Positions 37,332-51,000 of a DNA stretch of 62,000 bases are shown in pieces. Within the stretch, counting starts at the first letter, position 1, and each line of letters begins with the position of its first letter. This DNA is from Malacoraja senta (taxonomy: Eukaryota). A model generated the notes under the pieces. The model was not told where the DNA came from, searched no databases, and saw nothing but the letters and a program-made list of their open reading frames with translations. The DNA lies in assembly GCA_038087875.1 (NCBI GenBank), contig JAXLNO010000320.1, positions 248,001 through 310,000 of the forward strand, in the 5' to 3' direction. The position numbers and the translations under genes were made by a program.

Positions 37332-37959
37332 TGCAGTTCAGGAAGAGTGGAGTATTCAGTCTTCAGGGATGATGCATGTTTTCACTGTTGGCTGAAGAAA
37401 ACACAAATTAGCTTTTTATATCCACTGCACCAGTAATATTTAAGACATTACATAAGAATGCAAGAAATGGGAGGAGTGGGCCAGTCGGCACCTTGTGTCT
37501 GTTTTCCATTCAGCAACACCTGGCTGATCTAATGTTGGCCTTAGCACCATTTTCCTATTCCCTTCCACTGTCCCTTGACTCTCTTGCTCTGTTAATCTCT
37601 GCCTTCAATGACTCCACCTCCTTTGGGATTAAGAATTCCATACAGTTAGGAGACTCCAAGATGAAATGTCTCCTCTGAAATGGTGATGCCATTTATTCTG
37701 AAACAATTTTTAGATAGGGATCCATCCTCTCAGCATCCATCCTGCCAATCCTCCTCAAAGTCTTATGCTTTAAAAGATCATCTCTCATTCGCTGCATTTA
37801 AATGTGAACAGACCCAACCAGCTCAACCTCTGTTCCTATGTCAGCTTCTTCATCGGGTAATTAACCAAGTGAACTTTGTCAGCACTGTCTCCACTGCCAG
37901 CACATTCTTCCTTAAAAATAGAGAATGAATGTAAGCATTACTTGTGGTAATCATGCCAG

Positions 37960-38585
37960 AGACAGAAAAGTTGGTATGGGAATGGAAAGGGGAGCTAAAA
38001 TGGTTAGCAACTGTTTTAGCCAATATGTACTCTGTTTGCCAAGGCCTGCTGAATCTCCCGGTTGCTAACCATTTTAACTCCCCTTGCTACTCTGACCCTT
38101 GGCCTCCTACATTGCCAGAGTGAGGCCATATGCAAACCTAAGGAATAGCACTTCGTATACTGTTTGGATAGCTTACAATCCAACGGTATGAACATTGAAT
38201 TTGCCAATTTCAAGTAATACCCCCTTACTCCCCTCTCCTTTTCCTGTCTCTCCCTTTCACACTAGTGCATGCCCATTTCTCCCATCTCTCTCCCCTACCC
38301 GAGTAACCCTGGTCCTTTCCCTTCCTTTGTACACTCCATCCCCAAATCCCTAATTTCCTTTTATCGCTCCCCCCTACCCTTCATCCCTAAAGCCTTCCAC
38401 CTATATCCCACCCTCTGCCTGTGCATTTCACTCCTCTTCTTTCCTTATCTGACACCTTCCTGTCTCCTTTGTCTCTTCCTTCAATCCAACTCTCCCATCA
38501 CCTGTATCCACCTGTCACTTGCCAGGCTTTGTCCCACCCCACCACTCTTTTCCAGCTTTCTCCTCCCTACTTACAATCAGTCAGT
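37960..38585 (+). mobile_element. Decayed Penelope-like 3' fragment with an inverted 5' piece
   Basis: CAACGGTATGAACATTGAATT end motif and pyrimidine-rich 3' UTR, as in the other copies; 37965-38012 is inverted relative to 38055-38100. Confidence 0.65.
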
Positions 38586-39156
38586 TAAGACATGTGATGC
38601 TCTTAACAATACTGCAATAAACAGACACAGCCTACACAATGAAAATTTTTTTTTTTAAATAAATGGCCTTTCACTTTATATGGGGAAATAATAAACTACT
38701 ACCCTTGCTTTCCATTCAGGTATATGTAAATATTACCATGCCACGATTCTGGAGTGGTGATATTTTCCTGGCATTCTTTCAACAGAGGGATTATCCGGTT
38801 ATTCATTTCTTAAATTTCATTCAGCTTTATATTAAACACATCGTAATCTTGTTGTTTTTAAACTAGCTGCCAGGTTTATCCACACAACAGTGCCAGCACT
38901 TAAAAAATAATCCATTAGTTGCAGTGCATATCAGAAGATGGAGAACTTCATTCATCCTTCATAACTGCAACCATTTCATTCACCATCGAGATATCAATGG
39001 CACTATCCACAAATTACTAAGGAAAACTTAGTAAAGGTGCAAGTAGTTATACAGGCCAAAGAGTACATTTTTCTCCTCAATGTTTAATCAGGAGGGGCAT
39101 AGATTGGGTGAATGCAGTCTTTTTCCAGGGCTGAGCAATCAAGTACTAGATTCAAG

Positions 39157-39355
39157 GTGTAGAAACAAAGAACTGCAGATGCTGGATAATACACAAAAGG
39201 ACACAAAGTGCCAGAGTAACTCAGCATTCATTGACGTTTCAGGTTGAGACCCTTCTTCAGTCTGAAGAAGGTTCTTGACCCGAAACGTCACCTATCCATG
39301 TTCTTCAGAGATGCTACCTGACTTGTTGAGTTACTCCGGCACTTTGTTCCTTCTA
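39157..39355. repeat. Palindromic pair of Penelope terminal-repeat fragments (similar ones at 11563-11645, 19820-19995, 40866-41085, 53373-53535, 61065-61161)
   Basis: ...GAGACCCTTCTTCAG|TCTGAAGAAGG... inverted arrangement with GAGTAACTCAGC / TTGAGTTACTCC arms. Confidence 0.75.
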
Positions 39356-40483
39356 GGTTTAATGTGAACGGGGAAATTGGAACCCAAGGGGCGACCTTTC
39401 CCACAGAGGTGATACGTTATTGAACAAACTGCCAGATGGAGTGGTTGAGGCAGCTACAATAACATTTAAAAGACATTTGGAGAGGTACATGGATAGGAAA
39501 TGTTTAGAGATATATGAGATAAATGTGGGAAAATGGGAATAGCTTAGATGGGCACAGTGGTCATATGGATAAGTTGAGCAGAAGGACCTGCTTCTTATGC
39601 TGTATGGCTAATTTTGTTTTCACAAGATCTTTTAATGGTCTGAATGAAAGTAGAAGATTGAGCAGTCTATAAATCAATAATTGGCATCATCTATGGAGGG
39701 AGAACCCTCTTCCCACTGATCCTGCTTGACCCTCTAAGTGCTGCAAACATTTAATTTTGGTTTTCTTGCATTTGCAGTTTTGCTCCCACGTAGATCAATA
39801 CAATTAAATTTTAATATTCCTGGGAGGATTATTTTGACAGAGAAAAATGAGAAATTGACAAATTCTGTATGTTCTTTATTATCCAAAATATTATTGTGTG
39901 GTTTAATCCAGTCAAAACAAAGACCAATAACAGCGCCACTGTTGCAGACTGTGAGCACTAATAATGTGTCATCATCCTGTCAGTGTTTAACAGTCAACAC
40001 ACAGTGTGTACAAATCTTACAGGCTGGATCAACTGACAATATCTGGACATCTTTATTCCAAACAATTACTTTTAATGTAATATAAATAAACTGGTGTTAA
40101 ACTTTGAGCTCATTAATATCTAGGTCACTGCACTAAAGATAGTGACAACTGTAGGTACATAAATAGCACAACTGTTTTAGTTTGAAATAAGTTTAAAAGC
40201 AAGTACAAAACTCATCCTCTTTATTCCTGCAGAGTTCAAACTTCAAGGCCGAGTTCTGTAAGCCCATGTGATCCAAACGTATTTAGGGCTGAATAGAGCA
40301 GTTTATATTGCATATTCTGGGCTTATTTGTTCAATGGCTTTTTCTTACATTCCTGGTTGCAGAAACTTACATTCTCATCCTCCATTCACTAAATACCTGC
40401 AACAGTCATTCCAATTTTCAGGCACAACCATGCACTTTCAGACAGCAAGAACTTGTATTTATGTTTTATTTCTTCTGTGATGA

Positions 40484-40784
40484 GCGGCACACTGGCGCAG
40501 CTGCTGCCTCATAGCTCGAGACTGGGTTCAATCCTGATCTCAGATGCTGCCTGTGTGAAGTGTGCACGTTCTTCCTGTCACCACGTGAGTTTTCTCCGTG
40601 TCCTCCGGTTTCCTCACATCCCAAAAGATGTGTGGGTTTGCAGGTTAATCGGCCTCTGTAAATTGTCCCATGTGTGTAGGGAATGGGTGAGAAAGTAGGA
40701 TAATGTACAACTGGCGTGAACGGGTAATCGATGGTCGGCGTGGGCAGTGGGACGAAGGGCTTGTTTCCATGCTGTATCTTTGAA
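40484..40784 (+). mobile_element. V-SINE (HE1-like)
   Basis: GGCACACTGGCGCAGC head, GGTTCAATCC B-box and V-domain. Confidence 0.75.
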
Positions 40785-43276
40785 CTGATTGATCTCCACT
40801 AGCCTACAAATGAAGTTGATGTATACTGGGCTCTACTCGGGAGCATCCCCAGTATCCATTAATAATGTGTAGGAAGGAAATGCAGATGCTGGTTTAAACT
40901 AAAGATGGACACAAAATGCTGGAGCAACTCAGTGGATAGGCAGCATCTCTGGAGAGAAGGAATGGGTGATGTTTCGGGTCAAGACCCTTCCCCAGTCTGT
41001 GGAAGGGTCTTGACCCGAAATGTCACCCATTCCTTCTCTCCAGAGATGCTGCCCCCAAGTTCCTCCAGCATTTTGTGTCTTTCCATTAATAATGCCCAGC
41101 TGTCATTTGTACTCATAGGGTTAGTGACAAAAGACTGGCTTTAAAGGACAGTGTTATCTCCAACCTGTAACCATTTGACGTCTTACCAGCTCTGCGTACA
41201 TTTCAGGTACTGTAATACAATACGATATTTACTTTATTGTCAGAACAAAGTCTGAATTCAGTCAAGAACATGAATGCCTGCTGGTTCACCACAAATCCCA
41301 GGAGCCAGAAAATATCCTCAACCAATTTATTTTAATGCGAAGATTACAGATAGAATGTTGTTAATGCTATATTGCGATACTTCTGCGTCACACAGTTTAA
41401 GAGTAGTGTAATAATATGGTGTCAGTGATCAAAACACACTTCCCTCAGATGATCCTCCCCTTTGTTTCATCAGGCAATGTGGTAATTAGAACCAAATTTA
41501 CAACATTGCAAGACTTTAAGGAAATGAGTTGGGGAATCTTTCAACTTACAATCAAAGCAGTTTCTGGGCTGTTGGTGGATAAATATTCATCTACTGACAC
41601 TGGGAGAAGGCTGAAAATAGAAATGATGGTGCGATTCCTTTTGAAAGAACCATTCAGCACCCATCTTGCTGAACTTAATAAAAAACTTCAGATGTAGTAA
41701 ATCTAAAATAAAAACAAAAAGTGCAGGAAGCACACAGCAGGTCAGGCAACTTCTACCAAAAAGGGAACAGAGTTAAGGTTTTCGTCAATAACTTTAGGAA
41801 CTGGGAGATGGAGAAAACAAGTCAGTTTTATGTTTTAAGTAGAGAGGGCAAGGATAGAATGAAGGAATTAGTCTGAAGGATTCCGATCCAAAACGTCACC
41901 TATTCCCTTTCTCCAGACATGTTGCCTGACCTGTTGAGTTACACCAGCATTATCTTTGGTATAAACCAGCATCTGCAGTTCATTTCTACATAGAATGAAG
42001 GAAATCTCTCTTACTGTATGAGGCCAATGTTCCCCAGGTAATCCTGGTGTTTAAAGCTCTGCTGGTGTAGCTCCTGTAATGTGGGTGGTCCAGTTGTTTC
42101 AAGACATTGGGACCACTCCTACCCACCACAACAGAACATTAATGATGACGACTGCCTCAGCAAAGGTAATGCCATTGTCTATCAATGATAAGTGTTGGAA
42201 GCGCTCTCTGCTTGGAATTATGAGTGTTACCTACCAGCCATACCTGACTGAATTGGAACTGTTTGATATAAGGGTCGACAGGATACGTGGAGGATAATGT
42301 AGATAGCATACAATGAATGCAAGTCACGATTCATTCTGTTGGCACGCAAACAGAACATTTCAGTTCATGCATTGCAGTACATGTGACAATAATAAAACCA
42401 ATCCAATCCCATTGTCTCATACAACAGTTTCCTCATTCTGAAATTTTGTCTGGAAACTTGTGTACACCATGTACATTTGGCACATCATGCCCCACAAAAG
42501 AGATTCCGCTGCCTCAAGCTAAACAAGTTATAATCCAATTCAACTGGACATGCTGTACTGCCACAAAAAAAGAAGCAAAGTCAATGCTACTGAGGCATAA
42601 AAAAATGTCAATAGTTACATTTTGATCGACATTATCTGGGATTATCACTAATCTGTAGTAGAGTGCAGAACAAAACACAATGCATAACAGTAATTTAGCC
42701 ACATTTTACCAAAATAGTTCTTAGATCATGAATACTGCTGACAAGGTTGGCCTTTATTCTCCCATATCTGATTGCCCAAACCTAATTGGGCCTGGAGAAC
42801 ATATAAGAAGCTGTGAGATTGATATACGTCCTTAAAACTGCATCTTCACTCAACAATATCACTTAGTGATTTTGTGCTCAAAATCTTATCTCTTGTTGGA
42901 ATCCCCAACATCTCTTACTTAACCAACTGTCCAAAAATCCTAAATATTAAGTGGATATATTTCCACTTGATATTTAGGATTTAATTTAAAAAAAAATCTA
43001 AATATCAAGTGGACATTTGCTCACTGAATATCTCATACTTGTCATAAGGTCATAAGTAATAGGACTTGTACGCATTCACAATTTATTAAATGCTTTATCG
43101 ACATAATCAAACTTGATGGTCAAATGACAACGATGCAGAAATGATCAATTTATTTGTCTTTTAGTTTTCCTTCAACTCAATAGGCTGAATGGCCAAATGG
43201 ACAATACGCACAAGAATAGGAAGGCAAGCCATCTGTTCCTTGATTTTCTTAAAATATAGGATTTATATATAGAAAT

Positions 43277-43870
43277 GGGTCATAAGGTCATAAGTGATAG
43301 GAGCAGAATTAAGTCATTCAGCCCATCAAGTCTACTCCACCATTCATTCACGGCTGATCCATCTCTCCCTCCCAACCCCATTCTCCTGCCTTCTCCCCAT
43401 CAAACACCGACACCTGTACAAATCTAGAAAGATAGATCCCAGCCATAAAAATATCCATTGACCTTGACCCACAGCCTTTCTGTGGCCAAGAATTCCACAG
43501 ATTCACCACCCTCTGACTAAAGAAATTCCTCCTCATCTCCTTCCTAAAGGAACGCCCTTTAATTCTGAGGCTTTGACCTCTAGTCCAAGACTCTTCCACT
43601 AGTGGGAACATCCTCTCCACATCCATTCTATCCAAGCCTTTCACTATTCAGTAAGCTTCAATGAGGTCCCCCATCATCTTTCTAAACTCCAACGAGTACA
43701 GGCCCAGTGCCGTCAAACACTCATCATATGTTAACCCATTCATTCCTGCGATCATTCTTGTAAACCTCCTCTGGACCCTCTCCAGAGCCAGCACATCGAT
43801 TGCTCACAATACTCCAAATGCAGCTTGACCAGCACCTTATTGAGCCTCAGCATGTTTGTATTCTAGCCCT
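43277..43870 (-). mobile_element. CR1 LINE 3' fragment
   Basis: MKGLDRMDVERMFPLVEESWTRGQSLRIKG...RNFFSQRVVNLWNS. Confidence 0.85.
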
Positions 43871-44019
43871 AGCATGAAAATGGTCATCTAATTAGAAATA
43901 AAACCAATAAAGAAAATACTCTGCCTATAATGGTTGGTCCAAGTCAGCCTGCCAAACAACAATGGCACCTCATTTGTCAACGGGTTTAATGATAATGTTG
44001 TGAATGTTGTGATATCTAC

Positions 44020-47000
44020 AAGATGGCGCCTGCCTGCGGCGACTTTTGCAAAGCACAAGAACAGAAAATAATTATCTACAACTCCCAACAACTCACCGGG
44101 ATCTCGAAAACAGCAGAAATCGGTGCCGTTTTGGACAAGCTACTTGGGCGCCTGAAGGCTCTTGCAATTTCGCGATCTCCAGCAGCCCCGGACTTTAAAC
44201 TTTCCCACGCTCGCTGTAAAACTCCCGACCCAATGGAGGAACGCAGGTACTGTACCTGGAAACTCCGGGATGACCTCCAGAGCCGACGAGCTGGATCTTC
44301 CAGGAACAATGAAGCTGGAGCTGCCGACTTTGAAGGTACCCCCGTTCGTTACGGAGCTGGAGCAGCCGTCTGTGAAGGAATCCCCGTTCCAGCGCAGGCT
44401 CGCAGAAACAGCAGGTACAGTAAACACAGTACCTGGAAACAAAGGGGAGGCCTCCATTGTGTCCGGAAACATGGCCAACGGGCAGGACTTCAGGTCAGAC
44501 TGAAGCGCAGGGGACTTCGGCCCCTTCTCCCTACTATCCTACTAGCCAATGTACAGTCCCTTGAAAATAAAGTGGAGGACTTAAGGGCAAGGCTGCTTTA
44601 TCAAAGGGAGCTGAGGGAATGCTCTGTGTTCAGTATCACAGAGACATGGCTCACCCCCAGCTCCCCAGACTCGGCGGTCCAGCCTGAAGGATTCTCCATC
44701 CACCGTATGGACCGTACACTGGCATCTGGGAAAGGGAGAGGAGGGGGCGTCTGCCTCATGGTCAACTCTGCATGGTGCTCAGACGTGGCAGTCCTGTCCA
44801 ACTCCTGCTCTCCACACCTCGAACATCTGGCGGTGAAGTGCGGCCCCTTCTATCTCCCAAGGGAACATAGAAACATAGAAAATAGGTGCAGGAGTAGGCC
44901 ATTCGGCCCTTCGAGCCTGCACCGCCATTTGATATGATCATGGCTGATCATCCAACTCAGTATCCCATCCCTGCCTTCTCTCCATACCCCCTGATCCCTT
45001 TAGCCACAAGGGCCACATCTAACTCCCTCTTAAATATAGCCAATGAACTGGCCTCAACTACCTTCTGTGGCAGAGAATTCCACAGATTCACCACTCTCTG
45101 TGTAAAAAATGATTTCCTCATCTCGGTCCTAAATGTCTTCCCTCTTATCCTTAAACTGTGACCCCTAGTTCTGGACTAGTTCTGGAATTCACCTCCATCA
45201 TCCTGACCGCGGTTTACATCCCACCTCAGGCAGACGTCCGTCTGGCACTGGAGGAGCTGCACGCCCTCACTTCGGTAAATCCGACCATACAGCGGTGCTG
45301 CTTCTTCCTGCCTTCCTGCCAATTGAAGAGCGCACCCCCCGAGGTGAGGACTGCACAGAGCTGGTCGGAGGGGGGGGGGGGCAGAGGAACAACTACAGGA
45401 CTGTTTGGAGTCTGTAGAATGGGCAATGTTCAGGAAGTCGGCAATGGACCTGAACGAATACGCCACAGTCGTTACAGACTTCATAAAGAAATGTGTGGAG
45501 GACTGCATCCCAACAAAAACCTTCCAAGTGTTTCCCAATCAGAAGCCTTGGATGAACTATGAGATCCGCACACTTCTGAAGACCAGACACCAGGCATTCA
45601 TGTCTGATGATACAGTGGTCTACAAGAAGTCCAGATACGACCTTGGTAATAAGGCCATCAAAAAGGCCAAAAGGGACTTCTGCTCCAAACTGGAGGGCGA
45701 GACAGATGTTCGGCAGCTGTGGCGGGGCTTGAATGCAATCACCTCCCACAAGGTGAGATCAGGAGGCAGCTCGAATGTTGGCGAAACATCACTCCCTGAC
45801 GAGCTCAATGCGTTTTACGCACGCTTTGATAGGGAGAACACTGATGTGCCTTCTCGAGCCCCCATTCGCTGTGATGGTATTTCAGTCACAGTCACAGAGG
45901 CCGACGTCAGAAAATCCTTCATAGGGGTGAACCCTCTAAACGCGCCTGGACCTGATGGTATATCCGGTCGTGTTCTAAAAACCTGTGCGGACCAACTGGC
46001 TGGAGTTTTGTGATGCAAGGTGACGTGCCTCAATGACTATCGACCAGTGGCACTAACGTCTGTGGTGATGAAGTGCTTTGAGAGGTTGATCATGGCGCAA
46101 ATCAACTCCTACCTCGACAAAAACATGGACCCTCTGCAGTTTGCTTACCGCCACAACAGATCAACAGTGGATGCGATCTCGCTGGCTCTCCACTCCGCTC
46201 TGGACTACTTGGACAACAAAAACTCATATGTCAGGCTGTTATTCATTGATTACAGCTCGGCATTTAATACAATCATCCCCTCCAAGCTGGTTACCAAACT
46301 CGCAGAACTGGGTCTCTGCGCATCCCTCTGCAATTGGATCCTCGACTTCCTCATTCACAGACCACAGTCAGTTCGTATTGGTGGAAATGTGTCAGCCTCA
46401 ATAACAATCAGCACGGGAGCACCTCAAGGCTGCGTGCTCAGCCCCCTGCTTTACTCACTCTATACTCATGACTGCGTAGCCGGTCATAGTGCGAACTCCA
46501 TCATCAAGTTCGCTGACGATACCACTGTTGTGGGATGTATCACTGATGGGGACGAGTCAGAGTACAGAAGTGAGATTGACCGACTGACCAAATGGTGCCA
46601 GCACAATAACCTGGCCCTCAACACCAGCAAAACCAAGGAACTGATTGTGGACTTTGGAAGGGGGAGGATGGGGACCCACAGTCCCGTTTATATCAACGGG
46701 TCGATGGTGGAAAGGGTCAAGTGCTTCAAATTCCTGGGCGTGCATATCTTTGAAGATCTTTCCTGGTCCGAGAACACTGATGCAATCATAAAACAAAAGC
46801 ACATCAGCGCCTCTACTTCCTGAGAAGATTACGGAGAGTCGGTATGTCAAGGAGGACTCTCTCTAACTTCTACAGGTGCACAGTGGAGAGCATGCTGACT
46901 GGTTGCATCGTGGCTTGGTTCGGAAACTTGAGTGCCCTGGAGCGGAAAAGACTACAAAAAGTGGTAAACACTGCCCAGTCCATCATCGGCTCTGACCTCC

Positions 47001-47410
47001 CGTCCATCGAGGGGATCTATAACAGTCGCTGCCTCAAAAAGGCTGGCAGCATCATCAAGGACCCACACCATCCGGGAGATACACTCATCTCCCCACTACC
47101 TTCAGGTAGAAGGTACAGGAGCCTGAAGACTGCAACGACCTGGTTCAGGAACAGCTCCTTCCCCACAGCCATCAGGTTATTAAACTCGGCTCGGACAAAA
47201 CTCTGAACATTAATAGCCAATAATCTGTTTATTTGCACTTTATCCGTTTAATTATTCATGTGTGTATATATTTATGCAATGGTATATGGACACACTGATC
47301 TGTTCAGTATTCGTGCCTACTATGTTCTGGTGTGCTAAAGCAAAGCAAGAATTTCATTGCCCTATCAGGGACACATGACAATAAAACTCTCTCTCTTTAA
47401 CTCTCTTGAA
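44020..47410 (+). mobile_element. Near-full-length decayed Rex1/Babar LINE (APE + RT) with internal deletions, antisense in TBC1D24 intron 1
   Basis: AAGATGGCG start; [80 protein letters not shown]; tail ATGACAATAAA. Confidence 0.92.
44866..45183 (-). mobile_element. CR1 3' fragment inserted in the Rex endonuclease region
   Basis: Interrupts LPRE|FTSIILTAVYIPP; GGAA at both junctions; (CATAGAAA)n tail. Confidence 0.85.
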
Positions 47411-47593
47411 GTTTTTAAGTGTGCAGGAGGCCTGGGATTCTCATGAACCTGGGAGATTCACATAAAAACAATCAAAGACTAAGCTATTCTATATCAGCTA
47501 ATTACAAAAGTATAGATTTGAACTCCAGTTAGTAAAAAGATAAAGTTGAACAACAATGGGCATTGACATGTAATTGACTGAATAGGAACTTAA

Positions 47594-48053
47594 CGGCCTG
47601 TCCCACTTGGGCGACATTTTCGGCGACAGCCTGAAAAGCGGTTGTCGCGGCATGGTCGGGGCATGACGCGGTAGTGACGTGGCATGTAGTGACGCGCGGT
47701 GTCTCCCTGCCGCCTCTGGATTTTGGAATGTTCAAAATCTTCAGGCGACATCTGGGTGTCTTATCATGTCGTGCGCCCTGTCACACGCTGACGTATGCTG
47801 ACGTTAACTAAACAATTTATTTCTTAAAAAGTTATTGGTCATTAGATTTATTGCAGATATGTTCATTTCCAATGTGATTATTATACTTCAGTGTAACCTT
47901 CTTGTGTTGTGAAGGCGGGTGTCGTGGAGTGTCGTAGCTTGACGTGACGGTGACGCGGAGTATCATAATACTTGACGGGTTTTAGGGCGACTACGGGCGT
48001 CAGTCGCTGACGTTCACAGTCACCGAAAAAAAATTGCAAAGTGGGACAAGCCC
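47594..48053. mobile_element. MITE (non-autonomous DNA transposon) flanked by TTAA
   Basis: TIRs CGGCCTGTCCCACTT / GGGCTTGTCCCACTT (13/15); TTAA at 47590-47593 and 48054-48057; superfamily uncertain. Confidence 0.75.
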
Positions 48054-51000
48054 TTAACTGTCAGTGGAATCACTGAATGATGGCGTGCTTGCAATTTAAA
48101 TAATGACTTACAAAATGGAATATGTGCAACATGCCTCAAGTTTGCACCTGACAAAATGTGTTTGCCTTTTCTTAAGTTATTGATATATCACTTTGTTTCT
48201 CTTGTCCATTACTTGTAGATTAATTTACTCCAAGCTTGAGTATATATTGTCCTTCCCTTTTGTTTAAACTGTAATATTCCCATGCTCATATTTCAGTTTG
48301 GAAGTGTCCTCAACCAAAACAGATGTGCTGAAAACTTCCATCATTTCTGCTTATGGAGCATTCTTATGCCAATACTCAAGACTAACTTGCTTTCCAGAAC
48401 CCAGCATTCTGTCAATCACCACAAATTATTATTGTAATCATATTTTAATGGATGTGCTCCAGTCCCTGTATTGTGCTTCAGATCAGAAGCAGCACTTCAA
48501 GTTAAAAAGTCACCTGCACCAAGAATTTCCAAAAGATTGGTTATTATTTATAAATAAGTTATAAAAAGTTTGGTTGTTAAAATTCACTTGGTTCTTGGGT
48601 CAGAGTGCAAATACCTTCCTACATCATACAGAGGTGCTGACCTTGGGTAAATTGGTTGTACTACAACCTTGCATGTGACTAATCTAGCTTAGAAGACTAA
48701 TTACAATGCAATATAGTGCTTTTAACACACAAAAGTCAACAGTATATTCCTGCCTGATAATGCAGACGGATTGTAAATACAGAAGTAGAAAAATAACAAA
48801 GTCCAAAAGGAACTTTAGGGATACAATACGCAAAGTAATGCAAATGGCAGATATCTAAAATTAAAAAATAGGATTCTGAAAATATTTTATAATACAGTCA
48901 GTTAAGGATAGCCGGGCTTGATTAAGTTACTCAGCAAGATCACTGGTTGACTAATTCCTGGCAAGAATCCAGGGAGAACCACAGAAGAAATTCTGTATAC
49001 ACTACTACTGGTAAATCACACACATCTTCCAAAGAAAATACAATTACCTTGCAATATTGGCAGATGACCTTGGAAACTTTCACGTAACTCGTGTCCGATT
49101 ACGGAAGACATTATTTTCAAACAACGACATAATCCATCATTGCTTGCATTCATCACCAGCTAACTTAGTTTATCTTCCACCTAGAGTCCCTTCCAATACA
49201 TTCAGCATATTAAGAAACAGCTTTATTGAGTTATTTTACAATTACAAAACTTTAATAGTGGCTCATGTGACAATGGACAGCTTTGGTTATTATAGTGATG
49301 CTCAAGTGGCCATTAGCTTTGTGCTGTGTGCTATTTTACATGGATTAGTAATTGAAGCGATTAATCAGGACCGACCTTCCTTTTCCCTTCACACCAACCC
49401 ACACCACCTCCAACAAACCTACTTCACAATCCAAGTGTGCCCCGTGATGGATGCAGCCAATGCAGTGCTAGAATTTAAGCCAGGAGGACCAGGTTAACAT
49501 ATTAAAGAGTGCTAATATTATACAAAAATGTAATCTGAAGAACATGTACAGTAACAAACTTCAACTTATGTTATATTTTTTAAATGGAATGACAATTACT
49601 TTCATCTGCTGAACCTTTCAATCTTCTATCCAACCAGTCTGATTAGAGGACAAAAATATCTGCAGAAATTATATAGAAACATGCCATTCAGCCCAATTTG
49701 CACATGTGTGTTTACTCACCATCTAGGCCGTTATCTCAAACCCATATCTTTATTCCTATTTCAGCAATCTATAAACTAACATTTTAAATGTTAACAGTCC
49801 ATGCTTTCATTGCTAAGTGCAATAGCATGTTCTTTAACCTCAGCCCTGTGGAGAAAAATGCTTTTCCTCCCTAGCCTCATGCATTTAATCTTATTTCTAT
49901 AATATCTCGTTCTAATCCACTCAATCACTGGCAAAATCTGTATACCTCAACCCTGTACCATCCCTCAATATTTTAAAAGCCACTGTCAAATTATCCCTTA
50001 ATCTCCATTTTCAACCAAAATTACTCAGTTTTGTTGTGCCTTCCTATTTCTATTTCTTCACTACAAATTTCTCTTCAGCTACCCAACCAACTCATTTCAA
50101 TAACCTGAATCTTATATCAACCCTTAACCTTCTTTGTTCGAAAATACAATAATTGCTTATGTAATAATTTCTCTGCCAGAGGGGATACTTTAACCCACTG
50201 TCCTGCAATAAAGTTCAGTTTATCTGGCACAGAAGAAGAATAGAGAGTATTAAAATATTGTTTGCAAAACAACCAAAAAGGAATGTGGAGTGGTAGGATG
50301 CATGCAAGGCACAAACCGGCATTTTAATAAACCAGTCTTGGCTGAATCTAAGTGGGCAGGGGAATAACTATAGATATACTAGAATCAATAACAGCATAGG
50401 TGATCATGTGGTCAATCACATTTGTGGCTGGGTCTTTGTGGAGAAATTCGGTCAGTTCCATTCTCCACTCTTATTAGATGTACAATTTTAAACCAGAACC
50501 ATAACATGCAAATTTACACTCAGAAGATATTATTGATATAAAGTCTGAAAAAAGTAAATGGTCAGTGCCAGTCTGAGCACATGCTGGACTTGGGTAGTCT
50601 TGGGCACATCAAGATCACTGCTTAGATCATGTGCTTTTCATTCAATGACACAAGGGAGAACTCTTTACAATGGATCATCCAGTCTGAAGAAGGGTCTCCA
50701 CCCGAAACATCACCCATTCCTTCTCTCCAGAGATGCTGCCTATCCTGCTGAGTTACTCCAGCTTTGTGTCTATCTTCAGTTTAAACCAGCATCTGCAGTA
50801 CCTTCCTACACATATTAATTTTATGTTTGTTAACAGATTGAAGTAAAAGATATTAAAGGACACGAGGCACACACGGGACATCGCAGATCAGCCAAGTGTT
50901 GGCATGAAGAGAGTGTTTGTTTTGTGGTGATTTGTGTTGTGATCAATGCATTTTTTTTCCCCGAGTGGGATTAGCATAAAAAGGCATTGTTTCTATGCTG

